DNA from: Macrostomum lignano
Lineage: Eukaryota
Reading direction: 5' to 3'
Length of the DNA: 43,523 nt
NCBI GenBank assembly: GCA_002269645.1
Contig: NIVC01004517.1
Span: forward strand, 1 to 43,523
The position numbers were made by a program, and so were the translations under genes. The notes beneath the pieces are model-generated. The model was not told where the DNA came from, ran no database searches, and saw only the letters and a list, made by a program, of their open reading frames with translations. Below are positions 10,974-23,819 of the stretch, one piece after another (position 1 is the first letter of the stretch; each line of letters opens with the position of its first letter).

Positions 10974-13169
10974 TTAGCCCCAAATTCCGCGTCCAACCCG
11001 CTTATCGTAGGGATGGCTGCGCTGCAGATAATACTCGGGCGGCGGTCTCGCGCTGGGGTCCCGGCAGTAGCCGTGATGATCAATGCTACAGTAAACTGAC
11101 TCGGTCTGTTCAGCCGCAGCAGCTGGCTCAGCAGCGGTGTTAAACGCAGCTGGCCGAGGAATTGGAGGCGCTCGTTCAAAACGGTAGTCCTGATCAGTCG
11201 ATGGCGCCGCAGGTGGAGGCAGTGCAGCTTGCGTCGGCGGCGGCCCTGCCTGCCGATACGGCTGCTCCATATAGCCGCCACCGTCAAAGCTGCGATCACC
11301 AAAGTGTTCCGAATCTGCTGCAGGGTAGCTGCCGCCAGCGTCATGAAATTCTTCATCGTAGCCGCCATATCCGGGTCCGGGTCCCTCCATGCTGCCACCG
11401 CGAAACTCGCCAAGGCCAGTGTGACCACGATATTCGTCTTCAAATTCGTGAACATGACCGCCGCGGAGTTCTTCGTAGCCAGCGGGACCGCCACGTCCAC
11501 GACTCGGGTCGCCAACGTTGAAGCCGTCAACATCTTGTGGCGGAAAATCACTTCGATAGTAGTCAAACCCGCCACTGGTGTCCCGGAACTCGTCGAAGCC
11601 ACCGCCTCGACCGCCTCTACCTCTACGACCTCTGTGGCCGCGCGATCCGTCGCTTTCTTGATAGTCGCGGTAGCCTCCGTCTCCTCCGCCGCGGCCGCGC
11701 CCTCTGCCGTGAAATTCTCCTCCGTAGCCTTCTGGAAATTCACTGAAGCCCCCGAATCCGCCTCTGCCACGCCCTCGTCCTCTGCCGCGGTAGCCGCCCC
11801 GGCTGCCAGGTACGTCGCCTTCAGTGTAATCAGCGTACTCAAAGCTGCCACCGTCCCCACCGCCGCGGCCGCGACCTCTGCCACGGAATTCTCCGCCGTA
11901 GCCGCCACCACGATTATCGCCTTCTGGAATGTAGCTGCCTGCACCGCGACCCCGACCGCCTCGACCGCGGAATTCTCCGCCGATGCCGCCGCGACTGACT
12001 GCCGCATAGTCGTCTTGAAACTCGTTATGACCGCCGCGGCCCCGACCTCTTCCACGAAAGTCGCCGCCGAAGCCTCCACGGCCGGCACTGGCATCGCCTT
12101 CTTGGAAATCGCTTCCATCACCGCGGCCTCGACCTCTGCCGCGGAACTCTCCACCAAAGCCTCCGCGGCTGCTACCACCTTCGCCACCTTCCTGGAAGTC
12201 ACTTCCGCCACCGCCTGCACCGCGGCCCCGACCTCCGCCGCGGAACTCTCCACCAAAGCCTCCGCGGCTGCTACCACCTTCGCCACCTTCCTGGAAGTCA
12301 CTTCCGCCACCGCCTGCACCGCGGCCCCGACCTCCGCCGCGGAACTCTCCACCAAAGCCTCCGCGGCTGCTACCACCTTCGCCACTTTCCTGGAAGTCGC
12401 TTCCGCCTCCTGCGCTACCGCCGCGGCCTCGACCTCTGCCGCGAAAGTCCGCGCTGAAGCCTCCGCGACCGCCACTAGCATCACCTTCCTGAAAATCGCT
12501 TTCATCGCCTCCTCCGCTACTGCCGCGGCCTCGACCTCTGCCGCGAAAGTCGCCGCCGAAGCCTCCACGGCCGGCGCTGGCATCGCCTTGGAAATCGCTT
12601 CCATCGCCGCGGCCCCGACCTCTGCCGCGAAACTCTCCACCGAAGCCTCCGCGGCCGCCTTCATTATATTCGTCAAAACCAACTGATTCTCCAATCCCGC
12701 CTGCGCCACCGCCTCGGCCCCGTCCTCTGCTGCGAAATTCGCTGCCAAAGCCTCCACCGCCGCGTCCAGCACCTTCACCTCGGCCACGGCCGCCGCCTCC
12801 TCGGAAGCCCCCAAAATCTGCTTCACTTAGGGGAAAGCCGGAGCCTTCGGCGCCGCCGCGACCTCCGCGGCCTCGACCAACTCCGCCGTCAAACTGCGGA
12901 GGACCGCCGCTACCTCTGCCGCCTCTGAATGCATCAAAGCCGCGCTCTTTTTTGTCCCTAGCCATGGACACATAGATCCGATTGTTGCCGACTTGCGCAT
13001 CAGCCAGCCCTTCAATAGCTGCCCGACCAGCCGATTCGTCTTCCATCACCACGAATGCAAAATCTTTCACCAAATCCAACGAGACAACTCGGCCGAATTT
13101 GGCGAAAGCGGACTCTAATTCGGCCGGATCAACGCGTGACGACAGGCCGCCAACGAATAACTTCACCAT
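10974..13169 (-). CDS. Intronless RNA-binding protein: N-terminal RRM + long RGG/RG-FG repeat region + Pro/Tyr-rich tail (731 aa)
   Basis: RNP2 KLFVGGL and RNP1-like KDFAFVVM (RBM4/Lark/SR-type RRM). More than ten (S)DFQEG..GRGGFGGEFRGRGRGRG repeats, including three near-identical 99-bp units (12142, 12241, 12340). C-terminal QRSHPY resembles a PY-NLS. Confidence 0.9.
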   Translation of the reverse strand: MVKLFVGGLSSRVDPAELESAFAKFGRVVSLDLVKDFAFVVMEDESAGRAAIEGLADAQVGNNRIYVSMARDKKERGFDAFRGGRGSGGPPQFDGGVGRGRGGRGGAEGSGFPLSEADFGGFRGGGGRGRGEGAGRGGGGFGSEFRSRGRGRGGGAGGIGESVGFDEYNEGGRGGFGGEFRGRGRGRGDGSDFQGDASAGRGGFGGDFRGRGRGRGSSGGGDESDFQEGDASGGRGGFSADFRGRGRGRGGSAGGGSDFQESGEGGSSRGGFGGEFRGGGRGRGAGGGGSDFQEGGEGGSSRGGFGGEFRGGGRGRGAGGGGSDFQEGGEGGSSRGGFGGEFRGRGRGRGDGSDFQEGDASAGRGGFGGDFRGRGRGRGGHNEFQDDYAAVSRGGIGGEFRGRGGRGRGAGSYIPEGDNRGGGYGGEFRGRGRGRGGGDGGSFEYADYTEGDVPGSRGGYRGRGRGRGRGGFGGFSEFPEGYGGEFHGRGRGRGGGDGGYRDYQESDGSRGHRGRRGRGGRGGGFDEFRDTSGGFDYYRSDFPPQDVDGFNVGDPSRGRGGPAGYEELRGGHVHEFEDEYRGHTGLGEFRGGSMEGPGPGYGGYDEEFHDAGGSYPAADSEHFGDRSFDGGGYMEQPYRQAGPPPTQAALPPPAAPSTDQDYRFERAPPIPRPAAFNTAAEPAAAAEQTESVYCSIDHHGYCRDPSARPPPEYYLQRSHPYDKRVGRGIWG

Positions 13170-13866
13170 GCTGCTGGCTGTCTACTACTGCTTAGCTTAG
13201 CTGGGCTCTGCTAGTTGGCTGTCTTTGTTCTGGGCTGCGGGAAACGGGAAGAGAGCGTCCAAATTTAGTTTACTAGACTGGAAATATTGGAATTCAGTTT
13301 AATAGTTGGAAGCTTTTAGATAAAAATGATATCTTTAGATCTAATCGCCGTGCCCATTAATATAATCTGTCTCTAAGTTTTATCTACAACCTCAAATTTT
13401 CACAGCTTTTCATAAAAGCTGTGAGAGCCAAATACGTTTACGTCGGTCACATAGCAATTACTAAAGACAAATTCGAAAATGAAAATGTTAACGTTACTCA
13501 GCCGTGTAGAAACTAGTGAGTATAAACTATATATATTTTGAACCGGAATGAAAAATGGATTACACATACAAAATGACAAGCCGAGTGTTAGACACTTGTA
13601 AGTAACTAAATCATATTGTCAATTTTTAGTACGAAAACGAAACGACAATTTTAGATTGACAATTCTCGCTTTTCTACTGTAAGTAGAAAAAACGAATAAC
13701 AGGATTGTCGGATGCTCGTACATCTTAGATAATAAAGATTTAACAATTCCTGTTGACCGATTCCGCTTCTTTTGGTGGATGACATTCTGCTCCTTCCCAA
13801 AACAACGAGAAGAATCCGAAAAATCAATAAATATATTCAATATGAATACTATTGGCCAATTAATAG

Positions 13867-15331
13867 TTAAATCAGTCGTGTATCCTCCAGCGACTCAATC
13901 GCTGCGTCGTACACAAACCGGTACTGCATAGGCGACGCTACTAGGCGCATTCGCTGACCGCGCAGTGCGCACAGCAGCGTTGGCAGGCTGAATGGCAGGT
14001 TGTGCTGCAGGCAGGCCCTGAACACCAGGGCGCACAGGGCCAGGCCGCAGTGGCTGGCGCCGTCACTGCAGTGCAGCATCAGCCGGACAGTTTGACGTCG
14101 CGTCGATACGTCGCCGTGTTCTTCCGCAACGTCGTCGTCAAACACTTTGCTCTGCACTCTGCCGCTACTCGTACTAGAAGCTGATTCGTCCAAGTTGCTG
14201 TCAGCCTGAAGCTGCAGTTGAAGCGCACGACGGAGTGCATCCAGTTCATCTAGGAAAGCTGCGGGTTGAGTTCCGTAGGACAATACGAAAAAGGGATACC
14301 CGTAAATGTAAGGAAATACATCTAACCAGTGCTGACTCCTGAGCACACACAAGTGCGCCAATACTGTACCCAGGCACGCACTCACACACACGCTCACACA
14401 GGGTGTACAGCGGCCCTGACTTTCTAATCGTCAGGCATGTACACTCTCTGTGCTTTGGGGTGGGGGTTCGGCCCTCATAGCTGTGAATTGCACAAACAAG
14501 CACCAAAGAATGAACGAATTCGGCCTTGCACGGGATCGAACCAAAGGGTCGTCGTGGCGCGAGACCCAGACGTGCTCTGCACCACAAGAGCACAAGACTT
14601 GAATAGACTGGTAGACGACTGCCTCTCTGACTCTTACTATATCGAATTAGTCTCTAGTTACTACTGCAGAACTCACTGAGGAAATCGCGCAAGCTGCTTG
14701 GCACGGAGCCATCGCTAGTCCAGCCGCCGGCGTAGCGAAGCAACCAAACGTCGCGACAATGTTTTCGTCGAATGCCGACTTCACGACCTACTCCGGCCTG
14801 GGTCAGACGAACCAGCCTAGGAACTGCGGAACCCCCGCTGCGACTACTAGGAACTAATTGAACTACTAAGCCGTCCTCGCAGACTAAACGATCCTCGTTG
14901 CCAAGGCAACAGTCTTCGGCGCTATCATCAATCTGGGCAACCACCCTGGCGCCGCTGTGCCAAACTGAGCGCCAGAAATCCGACCGATTGTCACCAGGAC
15001 TGACCGCGGCTACAAATGCGCTGGCCGCGTCCAGACAGGCTGTCACTGAAGTTGATTCCGAGGGCGAGTCGCGCCGTTGCCGACTGAGCCTTCGATGGTT
15101 AGTTAATCGAAGACAGGCCACGTCAATCATTGAAGCATTGTAATAGCCGCTAGGATTGGCAGGCGTTGGCGGCAGCGTCACTCGATTGAAATCGTAGGGA
15201 ATAGCGGTGGAATCGTCTTGGGCAGTGGCATTAGCCGCCACTGTAGTCTTGCTAGACAATGACGCCAATGGAATTGAAGCGAATTCAGCTGTCAAATCAA
15301 CCTCGGATCGGTGCAGCTCCAGCTGATGGCG
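13867..15331 (-). CDS. PTPN14: PTPN14/PTPN21 (Pez)-like protein tyrosine phosphatase domain, predicted catalytically inactive; exons 15331-14677 and 14258-13867, upstream exons uncertain
   Basis: IPYDFNRVTLPPTPANPSGYYNASMIDV, DFWRSVW, HCSDGASHCG and the C-terminus CLQHN...LRGQRMRLV..QYRFVY..IESLEDTRLI* closely parallel PTPN14/21, which end in SRLI. The donor CTCA|GTGAGT (14676) and acceptor CCCGCAG|CT (14259) join in phase 1 to give RDFLTFLDELDALRR. An upstream acceptor lies at 15332. Confidence 0.8.
14515..14595 (-). mobile_element. tRNA-derived SINE-like head in the PTP intron
   Basis: The minus strand reads ...CGTCTGGGTCTCGCGCCACGACGACCCTTTGGTTCGATCCCGT with a B box (GGTTCGATCCC), clearly similar to the copy at about 40846-40915. 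Confidence 0.55.
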
Positions 15332-17010
15332 CTGCGGGGTGCAGGTGAACGATTGAATGAAAGTCACTCGAGAATAAACGTGCAAATTTTGAGCGTTTAG
15401 CAAAGACCTCATTGAATTTTAAGCCATAGACAAAGGGACTGTCGACTTAAGCTCATACGAGCTAAAGTGGAGCCTGAGTAACCTACGTACACAAATGATA
15501 CGTCATTCTGCTCACAGTGACACCAGGATGCTGGGTCTGGCAAAAAGCGACAAAAATTGGACTTGGGATAGGGGATAACAACCAAGGGCATAATTAGGGA
15601 CTCCACTTTATAAGATTAGGTTGATATAATAGTTACTAATCATCCATGGCTTTGTCTATAACTTTTTATGGGTTGTCTATGGAAAATCTCTGACACGCTG
15701 CTACGTCAGACTGATGACGGCGACGCAACAATTTGAATGAATAAAACCAAACAGGACGCAAAAGAGGTATATTACTTAGGCGTCACTTCTAAGTTCTAAC
15801 CTCAAAGCCAGCCAAGAGTGAGCTTTCTGGGTCTGGATACGGTTTGGAGTAGGATCGGCCATAAACAAACCTCGATATGGAAGAAGTCTGCTGTGCTGTG
15901 CGCGTAGGGAATAGTGAATGAACTGAGTAATATACTCAATATCGAATATCCATTCAATTCGGCTTAGGACAAAACTCATAGTGCCCGAAAGTTAGAAAGT
16001 TGGATTTCTGCATCAACAGGAACTCACAGATAGCAGAGGCCATCATCAATATTGACATAATAATAAGATTTACAACTAACTCAACAGACAGGTCGTCAGC
16101 TCTCCGTTTTGAAGAGAAATAATGTAGCTAAGAAGTGAGCTATCCGAGGATTATGGTATCTGTAAGCTTACCAATTCGTCTCGTGGTACGGAGCTAACAG
16201 TTGAGCATTCAGCAGTTTTCTCCAATAACAAATTAGCCGTGCTAACAGTTAATGCTGTCTGCATTTTTTAATATTAGGGGCTCTATTTGAATTGATTTGC
16301 TGTGGTTTTACTAGACTTCAAGAAGCCAAATAAAACTCGCCACTTATTCCTTACAGTGTATTTAAAGCTGCATTTTTAGGGCTAAAAATAGCAATTCTTA
16401 GATTGGTTGCCAAAAAATCCACAGCGGTAATAAGGTAGAAAGAGCTGAGAGAAGAGAAGAGAAATTACATGTACAGAAATTGCCAGTGACTCAGCAAGCC
16501 AAGGAAATATTTTTCTAGCAAATTTTGCCCACCACCCCAGAAATAATTGAATTACACTAACCTGCACAAGACTATGTAGCATAACTCATACTTTAGTAGC
16601 ATTTTTCTAAATCTACACTAAGGAATGAAATGCTGCACAGGGGCCACAGTGAGTGGGTAAGCGATCGAGTGGGGCTTTGAGCCAAGAGCACACAGTATAC
16701 GCTCTCACATGGCTTCCAACAATAATGGAATTAGCAACACGGTGCAACTAACTGCCTTTTTTAACAGTTTAATACAGTCGAACATGCAGCGTAGATTTAT
16801 AGGGCTCACCTATAAATGCATATTGTGGCGGCAGTTGTCGCGAAAATTAATTAACTTAACTAGTAGCTGAAATTAGCTGAAATTAGAATGGCGGTATAAC
16901 AAGAACGGTGCGGAAACAAAAACTAATTCTGTGTTCAGTTTTTTACATGAAGATCCTATAGAGAAATTTGCGTTTTCGTAGAGTTGATTAAAAGGCTCAA
17001 TCGCTACCTA

Positions 17011-20000
17011 CTCACAAACTGAACAATTCACAAACTGGACAATTCACAAACTGGACAATTCACAAACTGGACAATTCACAAACTGGACAATTCACAAACT
17101 GGACAATTCACAAACTGGACAATTCACAAACTGGACAATTCACAAACTGGACAACTCACAAACTGGACAACTCACAAACTGAACAATTCACAAACTGGAC
17201 AATTCACAAACTGGACAATTCACAAACTGGACAATTCACAAACTGGACAATTCACAAACTGGACAATTCACAAACTGGACAATTCACAAACTGGACAATT
17301 CACAAACTGGACAATTCACAAACTGGACACTTCACAAACTGGACAATTCACAAACTGGACAATTCACAAACTGGACAATTCACAAACTGGACAATTCACA
17401 AACTGGACAATTCACAAACTGGACAATTCACAAACTGGACAATTCACAAACTGGACAATTCACAAACTGGACAATTCACAAACTGGACAATTCACAAACT
17501 GGACACTTCACAAACTGGACACTTCACAAACTGGACAATTCACAAACTGGACAATTCACAAACTGGACACTTCACAAACTGGACACTTCACAAACTGGAC
17601 ACTTCACAAACTGGACAATTCACAAACTGGACAATTCACAAACTGGACAATTCACAAACTGAACAATTCACAAACTGGACAATTCACAAACTGGACACTT
17701 CACAAACTGGACAATTCACAAACTGGACAATTCACAAACTGGACAACTCACAAACTGGACAATTCACAAACTGGAAAATTCACAAACTGGACAATTCACA
17801 AACTGAACAATTCACAAACTGGACAATTCACAAACTGGACACTTCACAAACTGGACAATTCACAAACTGGACAATTCACAAACTGGACAACTCACAAACT
17901 GGACAATTCACAAACTGGACAATTCACAAACTGGACAATTCACAAACTGGACAACTCACAAACTGGACAATTCACAAACTGGACAATTCACAAACTGGAC
18001 ACTTCACAAACTGGACACTTCACAAACTGGACACTTCACAAACTGGACACTTCACAAACTGGACAATTCACAAACTGGACAATTCACAAACTGGACAACT
18101 CACAAACTGGACAATTCACAAACTGGACAACTCACAAACTGGACAATTCACAAACTGGACAATTCACAAACTGGACAACTCACAAACTGGACAACTCACA
18201 AACTGGACACTTCACAAACTGGACACTTCACAAACTGGACAATTCACAAACTGGACAACTCACAAACTGGACAATTCACAAACTGGACAATTCACAAACT
18301 GGACAACTCACAAACTGGACAACTCACAAACTGGACAATTCACAAACTGGACAACTCACAAACTGGACAATTCACAAACTGGACAATTCACAAACTGGAC
18401 AACTCACAAACTGGACAATTCACAAACTGGACAATTCACAAACTGGACAATTCACAAACTGGACAATTCACAAACTGGACAATTCACAAACTGAACAATT
18501 CACAAACTGGACAATTCACAAACTGTAAAATTCACAAACTGGACAATTCACAAAACTGGACAATTCACAAACTGGACAATTCACAAACTGGACAATTCAC
18601 AAACTGGACACTTCACAAACTGGACAATTCACAAACTGGACAATTCACAAACTGGACAATTCACAAACTGGACACTTCACAAACTGGACAATTCACAAAC
18701 TGGACAATTCACAAACTGGACAATTCACAAACTGGACAATTCACAAACTGGACACTTCACAAACTGGACACTTCACAAACTGGACAATTCACAAACTAGA
18801 CAATTCACAAACAGGACAATTCACAAACTGGACAATTCACAAACTGGACAATTCACAAACTGGACAATTCACAAACTGGACAATTCACAAACTGGACAAT
18901 TCACAAACTGGACACTTCACAAACTGGACACTTCACAAACTGGACAATTCACAAACTGGACAATTCACAAACTGGACACTTCACAAACTGGACACTTCAC
19001 AAACTGGACAATTCACAAACTGGACAATTCACAAACTGGACAATTCACAAACTGGACACTTCACAAACTGGACACTTCACAAACTGGACACTTCACAAAC
19101 TGGACAATTCACAAACTGGACAATTCACAAACTGGACACTTCACAAACTGGACACTTCACAAACTGGACACTTCACAAACTGGACAATTCACAAACTGGA
19201 CAATTCACAAACTGGACAATTCACAAACTGGACAATTCACAAACTGGACACTTCACAAACTGGACACTTCACAAACTGGACAATTCACAAACTGGACAAT
19301 TCACAAACTGGACAATTCACAAACTGGACACTTCACAAACTGGACACTTCACAAACTGGACACTTCACAAACTGGACAATTCACAAACTGGACAATTCAC
19401 AAACTGGACACTTCACAAACTGGACAATTCACAAACTGGACACTTCACAAACTGGACACTTCACAAACTGGACACTTCACAAACTGGACAATTCACAAAC
19501 TGGACAATTCACAAACTGGACAATTCACAAACTGGACAATTCACAAACTGGACACTTCACAAACTGGACACTTCACAAACTGGACAATTCACAAACTGGA
19601 CAATTCACAAACTGGACACTTCACAAACTGGACACTTCACAAACTGGACACTTCACAAACTGGACACTTCACAAACTGGACAATTCACAAACTGGACAAT
19701 TCACAAACTGGACACTTCACAAACTGGACACTTCACAAACTGGACACTTCACAAACTGGACAATTCACAAACTGGACAATTCACAAACTGGACAATTCAC
19801 AAACTGGACAATTCACAAACTGGACACTTCACAAACTGGACACTTCACAAACTGGACACTTCACAAACTGTAAAATTCACAAACTGGACAATTCACAAAC
19901 TGGACACTTCACAAACTGGACACTTCACAAACTGTAAAATTCACAAACTGGACAATTCACAAACTGAACAATTCACAAACTGGACAATTCACAAACTGTA

Positions 20001-21203
20001 AAATTCACAAACTGGACAATTCACAAACTGAACAATTCACAAACTGGACACTTCACAAACTGTAAAATTCACAAACTGGACACTTCACAAACTGGACACT
20101 TCACAAACTGTAAAATTCACAAACTGGACAATTCACAAACTGAACAATTCACAAACTGGACAATTCACAAACTGTAAAATTCACAAACTGGGCAATTCAC
20201 AAACTGAACAATTCACAAACTGGACACTTCACAAACTGGACACTTCACAAACTGTAAAATTCACAAACTGGACAATTCACAAACTGAACAATTCACAAAC
20301 TGGACAATTCACAAACTGTAAAATTCACAAACTGGACAATTCACAAACTGAACAATTCACAAACTGGACACTTCACAAACTGTAAAATTCACAAACTGGA
20401 CACTTCACAAACTGGACAATTCACAAACTGTAAAATTCACAAACTGGACAATTCACAAACTGAACAATTCACAAACTGGACAATTCACAAACTGTAAAAT
20501 TCACAAACTGGACAATTCACAAACTGAACAATTCACAAACTGGACACTTCACAAACTGTAAAATTCACAAACTGGACACTTCACAAACTGGAAAATTCAC
20601 AAACTGGACACTTCACAAACTGGAAAATTCACAAACTGGACACTTCACAAACTGGACAATTCACAAACTGGACAATTCACAAACTGTAAAATTCACAAAC
20701 TGGACACTTCACAAACTGGAAAATTCACAAACTGGACACTTCACAAACTGGACAATTCACAAAATGGACAATTCACAAACTGGATACTTCACAAACTGGA
20801 CACTTCACAAACTGGACAATTCACAAACTGGACAATTTACAAACTGGATACATCACAAACTGGACAATTCACAAACTAGACAATTTACAAACTGGACAAT
20901 TCACAAACTGGACAATTCACAAACTGGACACTTCACAAACTGGACAATTCACAAACTAGACAATTCCCAAACTAGACAATTCCCAAACTAGACAATTTAC
21001 AAACTGGACAATTTACAAACTGGACAATTTACAAACTGGACAATTTACAAACTGGACAATTCACAAACTGGACAATTTACAAACTGGACAATTCACAAAC
21101 TGGACAAGTCACAAACTGGACACTTCACAAACTGGACAATTTACAAACTGGACAATTCACAAACTGGACACTTCACAAACTGGACAATTTACAAACTGGA
21201 TAC
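17011..21203. repeat. 4.2-kb minisatellite, 16-bp unit GGACAATTCACAAACT (~260 copies)
   Basis: Continuous array with regionally clustered variants (CAACTC, CACTTC, GTAAAA, GAACAA, TTTAC). Confidence 0.99.
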
Positions 21204-21474
21204 ATTAAAAGCTAGATAATTTACTGACGATAACAAACGAGAAATCCCAAGGAAAAATAATTTTATAGCTCGTGGTCTAACAAAGACATTCCTACCTTTA
21301 ATAAACGGAGCGCTTAATAAGCACTCATTAAGCAGGGATCTGATTTTGTCCCTTTGACTCGATAATAAACGTTTGTAAATTTTCATTCTTATATCACACC
21401 GTTGGCGTCTGAAAGAAAAAAACAGATATAAATTTAAGCCTATACGCGTGTATTTCTCGTAGATAACAATTATG

Positions 21475-23256
21475 CTATTGCTGTAGATATTGCTGTAGAT
21501 ATGAAGGGAATGAATGCTGTAGATTTGAAGGAAAGGAATGCTGTAGATATAACGGGAAGAGATGCTGTAGTGCTGTAGATATAACGGGAAGAGATGCTGT
21601 AGTGCTGTAGATATAACGGGAAGAGATGCTGTAGTGCTGTAGATATAACAGGAAGAGATGCTGTAGTGCTGTAGATATAACGGGAAGAGATGCTGTAGTG
21701 CTGTAGATATAACGGGAAGAGATGCTGTAGTGCTGTAGATATAACAGGAAGAGATGCTGTAGTGCTGTAGATATAACGGGAAGAGATGCTGTAGTGCTGT
21801 AGATATAACGGGAAGAGATGCTGTAGTGCTGTAGATATAACGGGAAGAGATGCTGTAGTGCTGTAGATATAACGGGAAGAGATGCTGTAGTGCTGTAGAT
21901 ATAACGGGAAGAGATGCTGTAGTGCTGTAGATATAACGGGAAGAGATGCTGTAGTGCTGTAGATTAACGGGAAGAGATGCTGTAGTGCTGTAGATATAAC
22001 GGGAAGAGATGCTGTAGTGCTGTAGATATAACGGGAAGAGATGCTGTAGTGCTGTAGATATGAAGGGAAGGGATGCTGTAGTGCTGTAGATATGAAATGA
22101 AGGAATGCTGTAGTGCTGTAGATATGAAGGGAAGGGATGCTGTAGTGCTGTAGATATGAAGGGAAGGGATGCTGTAGTGCTGTAGATATGAAGGGAAGGG
22201 ATGCTGTAGTGCTGTAGATATAACGGGAAGGAATGCTGTAGTGCTGTAGATATAACGGGAAGAGATGCTGTAGTGCTGTAGATATAACGGGAAGAGATGC
22301 TGTAGTGCTGTAGATATAACGGGAAGAGATGCTGTAGTGCTGTAGATATAACGGGAAGAGATGTTGTAGTGCTGTAGATATAACGGGAAGAGATGCTGTA
22401 GTGCTGTAGATATAACGGGAAGAGATGCTGTAGTGCTGTAGATTAACGGGAAGAGATGCTGTAGTGCTGTAGATATAACGGGAAGAGATGCTGTAGTGCT
22501 GTAGATATAACGGGAAGAGATGCTGTAGTGCTGTAGATATAACGGGAAGAGATGCTGTAGTGCTGTAGATATAACGGGAAGAGATACTGTAGTGCTGTAG
22601 ATATAACGGGAAGAGATGCTGTAGTGCTGTAGATATAACGGGAAGAGATGCTGTAGTGCTGTAGAAGGGAAGGAATGCTGTAGTGCTGTAGATATAACGG
22701 GAAGGGATGCTATGGTGCTGTAGATATGAAGGGAAGGGATGCTATGGTGCTGTAGATATGAAGGGAAGGGATGCTGTAGTGCTGTAGATATAACGGGAAG
22801 GAATGCTGTAGTGCTGTAGATATAACGGGAAGAGATGCTGTAGTGCTGTAGATATAACGGGAAGAGATGCTGTAGTGCTGTAGATATAACGGGAAGAGAT
22901 ACTGTAGTGCTGTAGATATAACGGGAAGAGATGCTGTAGTGCTGTAGATATAACGGGAAGAGATGCTGTAGTGCTGTAGAAGGGAAGGAATGCTGTAGTG
23001 CTGTAGATATAACGGGAAGGGATGCTATGGTGCTGTAGATATGAAGGGAAGGGATGCTATGGTGCTGTAGATATGAAGGGAAGGGATGCTGTAGTGCTGT
23101 AGATATGAAGGGAAGGGATGCTGTAGTGCTGTAGATATGAAGGGAAGGGATGCTGTAGTGCTGTAGATATGAAGGGAAGGGATGCTGTAGTGCTGTAGAT
23201 ATAACGGGAAGAGATGCTGTAGTGCTGTAGATATGAAGGGAAGGGATACTGTAGAC
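21475..23256. repeat. 32-bp minisatellite GCTGTAGATATAACGGGAAGAGATGCTGTAGT (~55 copies)
   Basis: Tandem array with a second variant (ATGAAGGGAAGGGATG); it produces the spurious 441-aa minus-strand ORF. Confidence 0.97.
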
Positions 23257-23819
23257 ATAATGGAATAATTCTGTGTTAGTAGAGAACAATAAAGCAGCAT
23301 AGCAGATTTTATTTTAAAATTTGTCAACAATTTTCGCATTTTTCCGCTATTTTATAATATATATTTTAGATACTCAGCGCAATTTCTCACAGACGCATAT
23401 TAAACATCGCAATTTGTCATATTTGCGTAGACTACAGCTACAGATGATTACAATATTACTGTTTAGCATGAAGAACACAAATGCAAAAAATGATTGCAAA
23501 AAATATAATAGTTAATTTTATGAAGGGTCAATTTTCTATAAAAATCATGCTTTCAAGTCAAAGAGCGAGAGGGCTGCGAGACTGACTAAAAGCACGCTAA
23601 TATTTAAACTATCTGTCTGTAGAACTAAAGTACGAGTAGAATTCAAATTTTGCACATAGACTTAATTTTATATAAACTCTAGCGGAAGCAAAATCTAGCA
23701 AAAGCAATTACGATGCAATAAAGCTCAATTTTACAATTTGACTTTTGAGATTAACAAGCAATAACAGTTAGACAATTGCATGAGAAAAATTGAGAATTCG
23801 ATAAGAAAGATTAGAAATG

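Noticed and set aside
17011-21203. CRISPR-like or other repeat-spacer array
   Set aside because: The units are directly tandem with no unique spacers, there are no cas genes, and the context is eukaryotic.
21964-23339. 441-aa and 104-aa minus-strand ORFs
   Set aside because: They lie entirely within the 32-bp satellite and have no unique coding sequence or credible start context.
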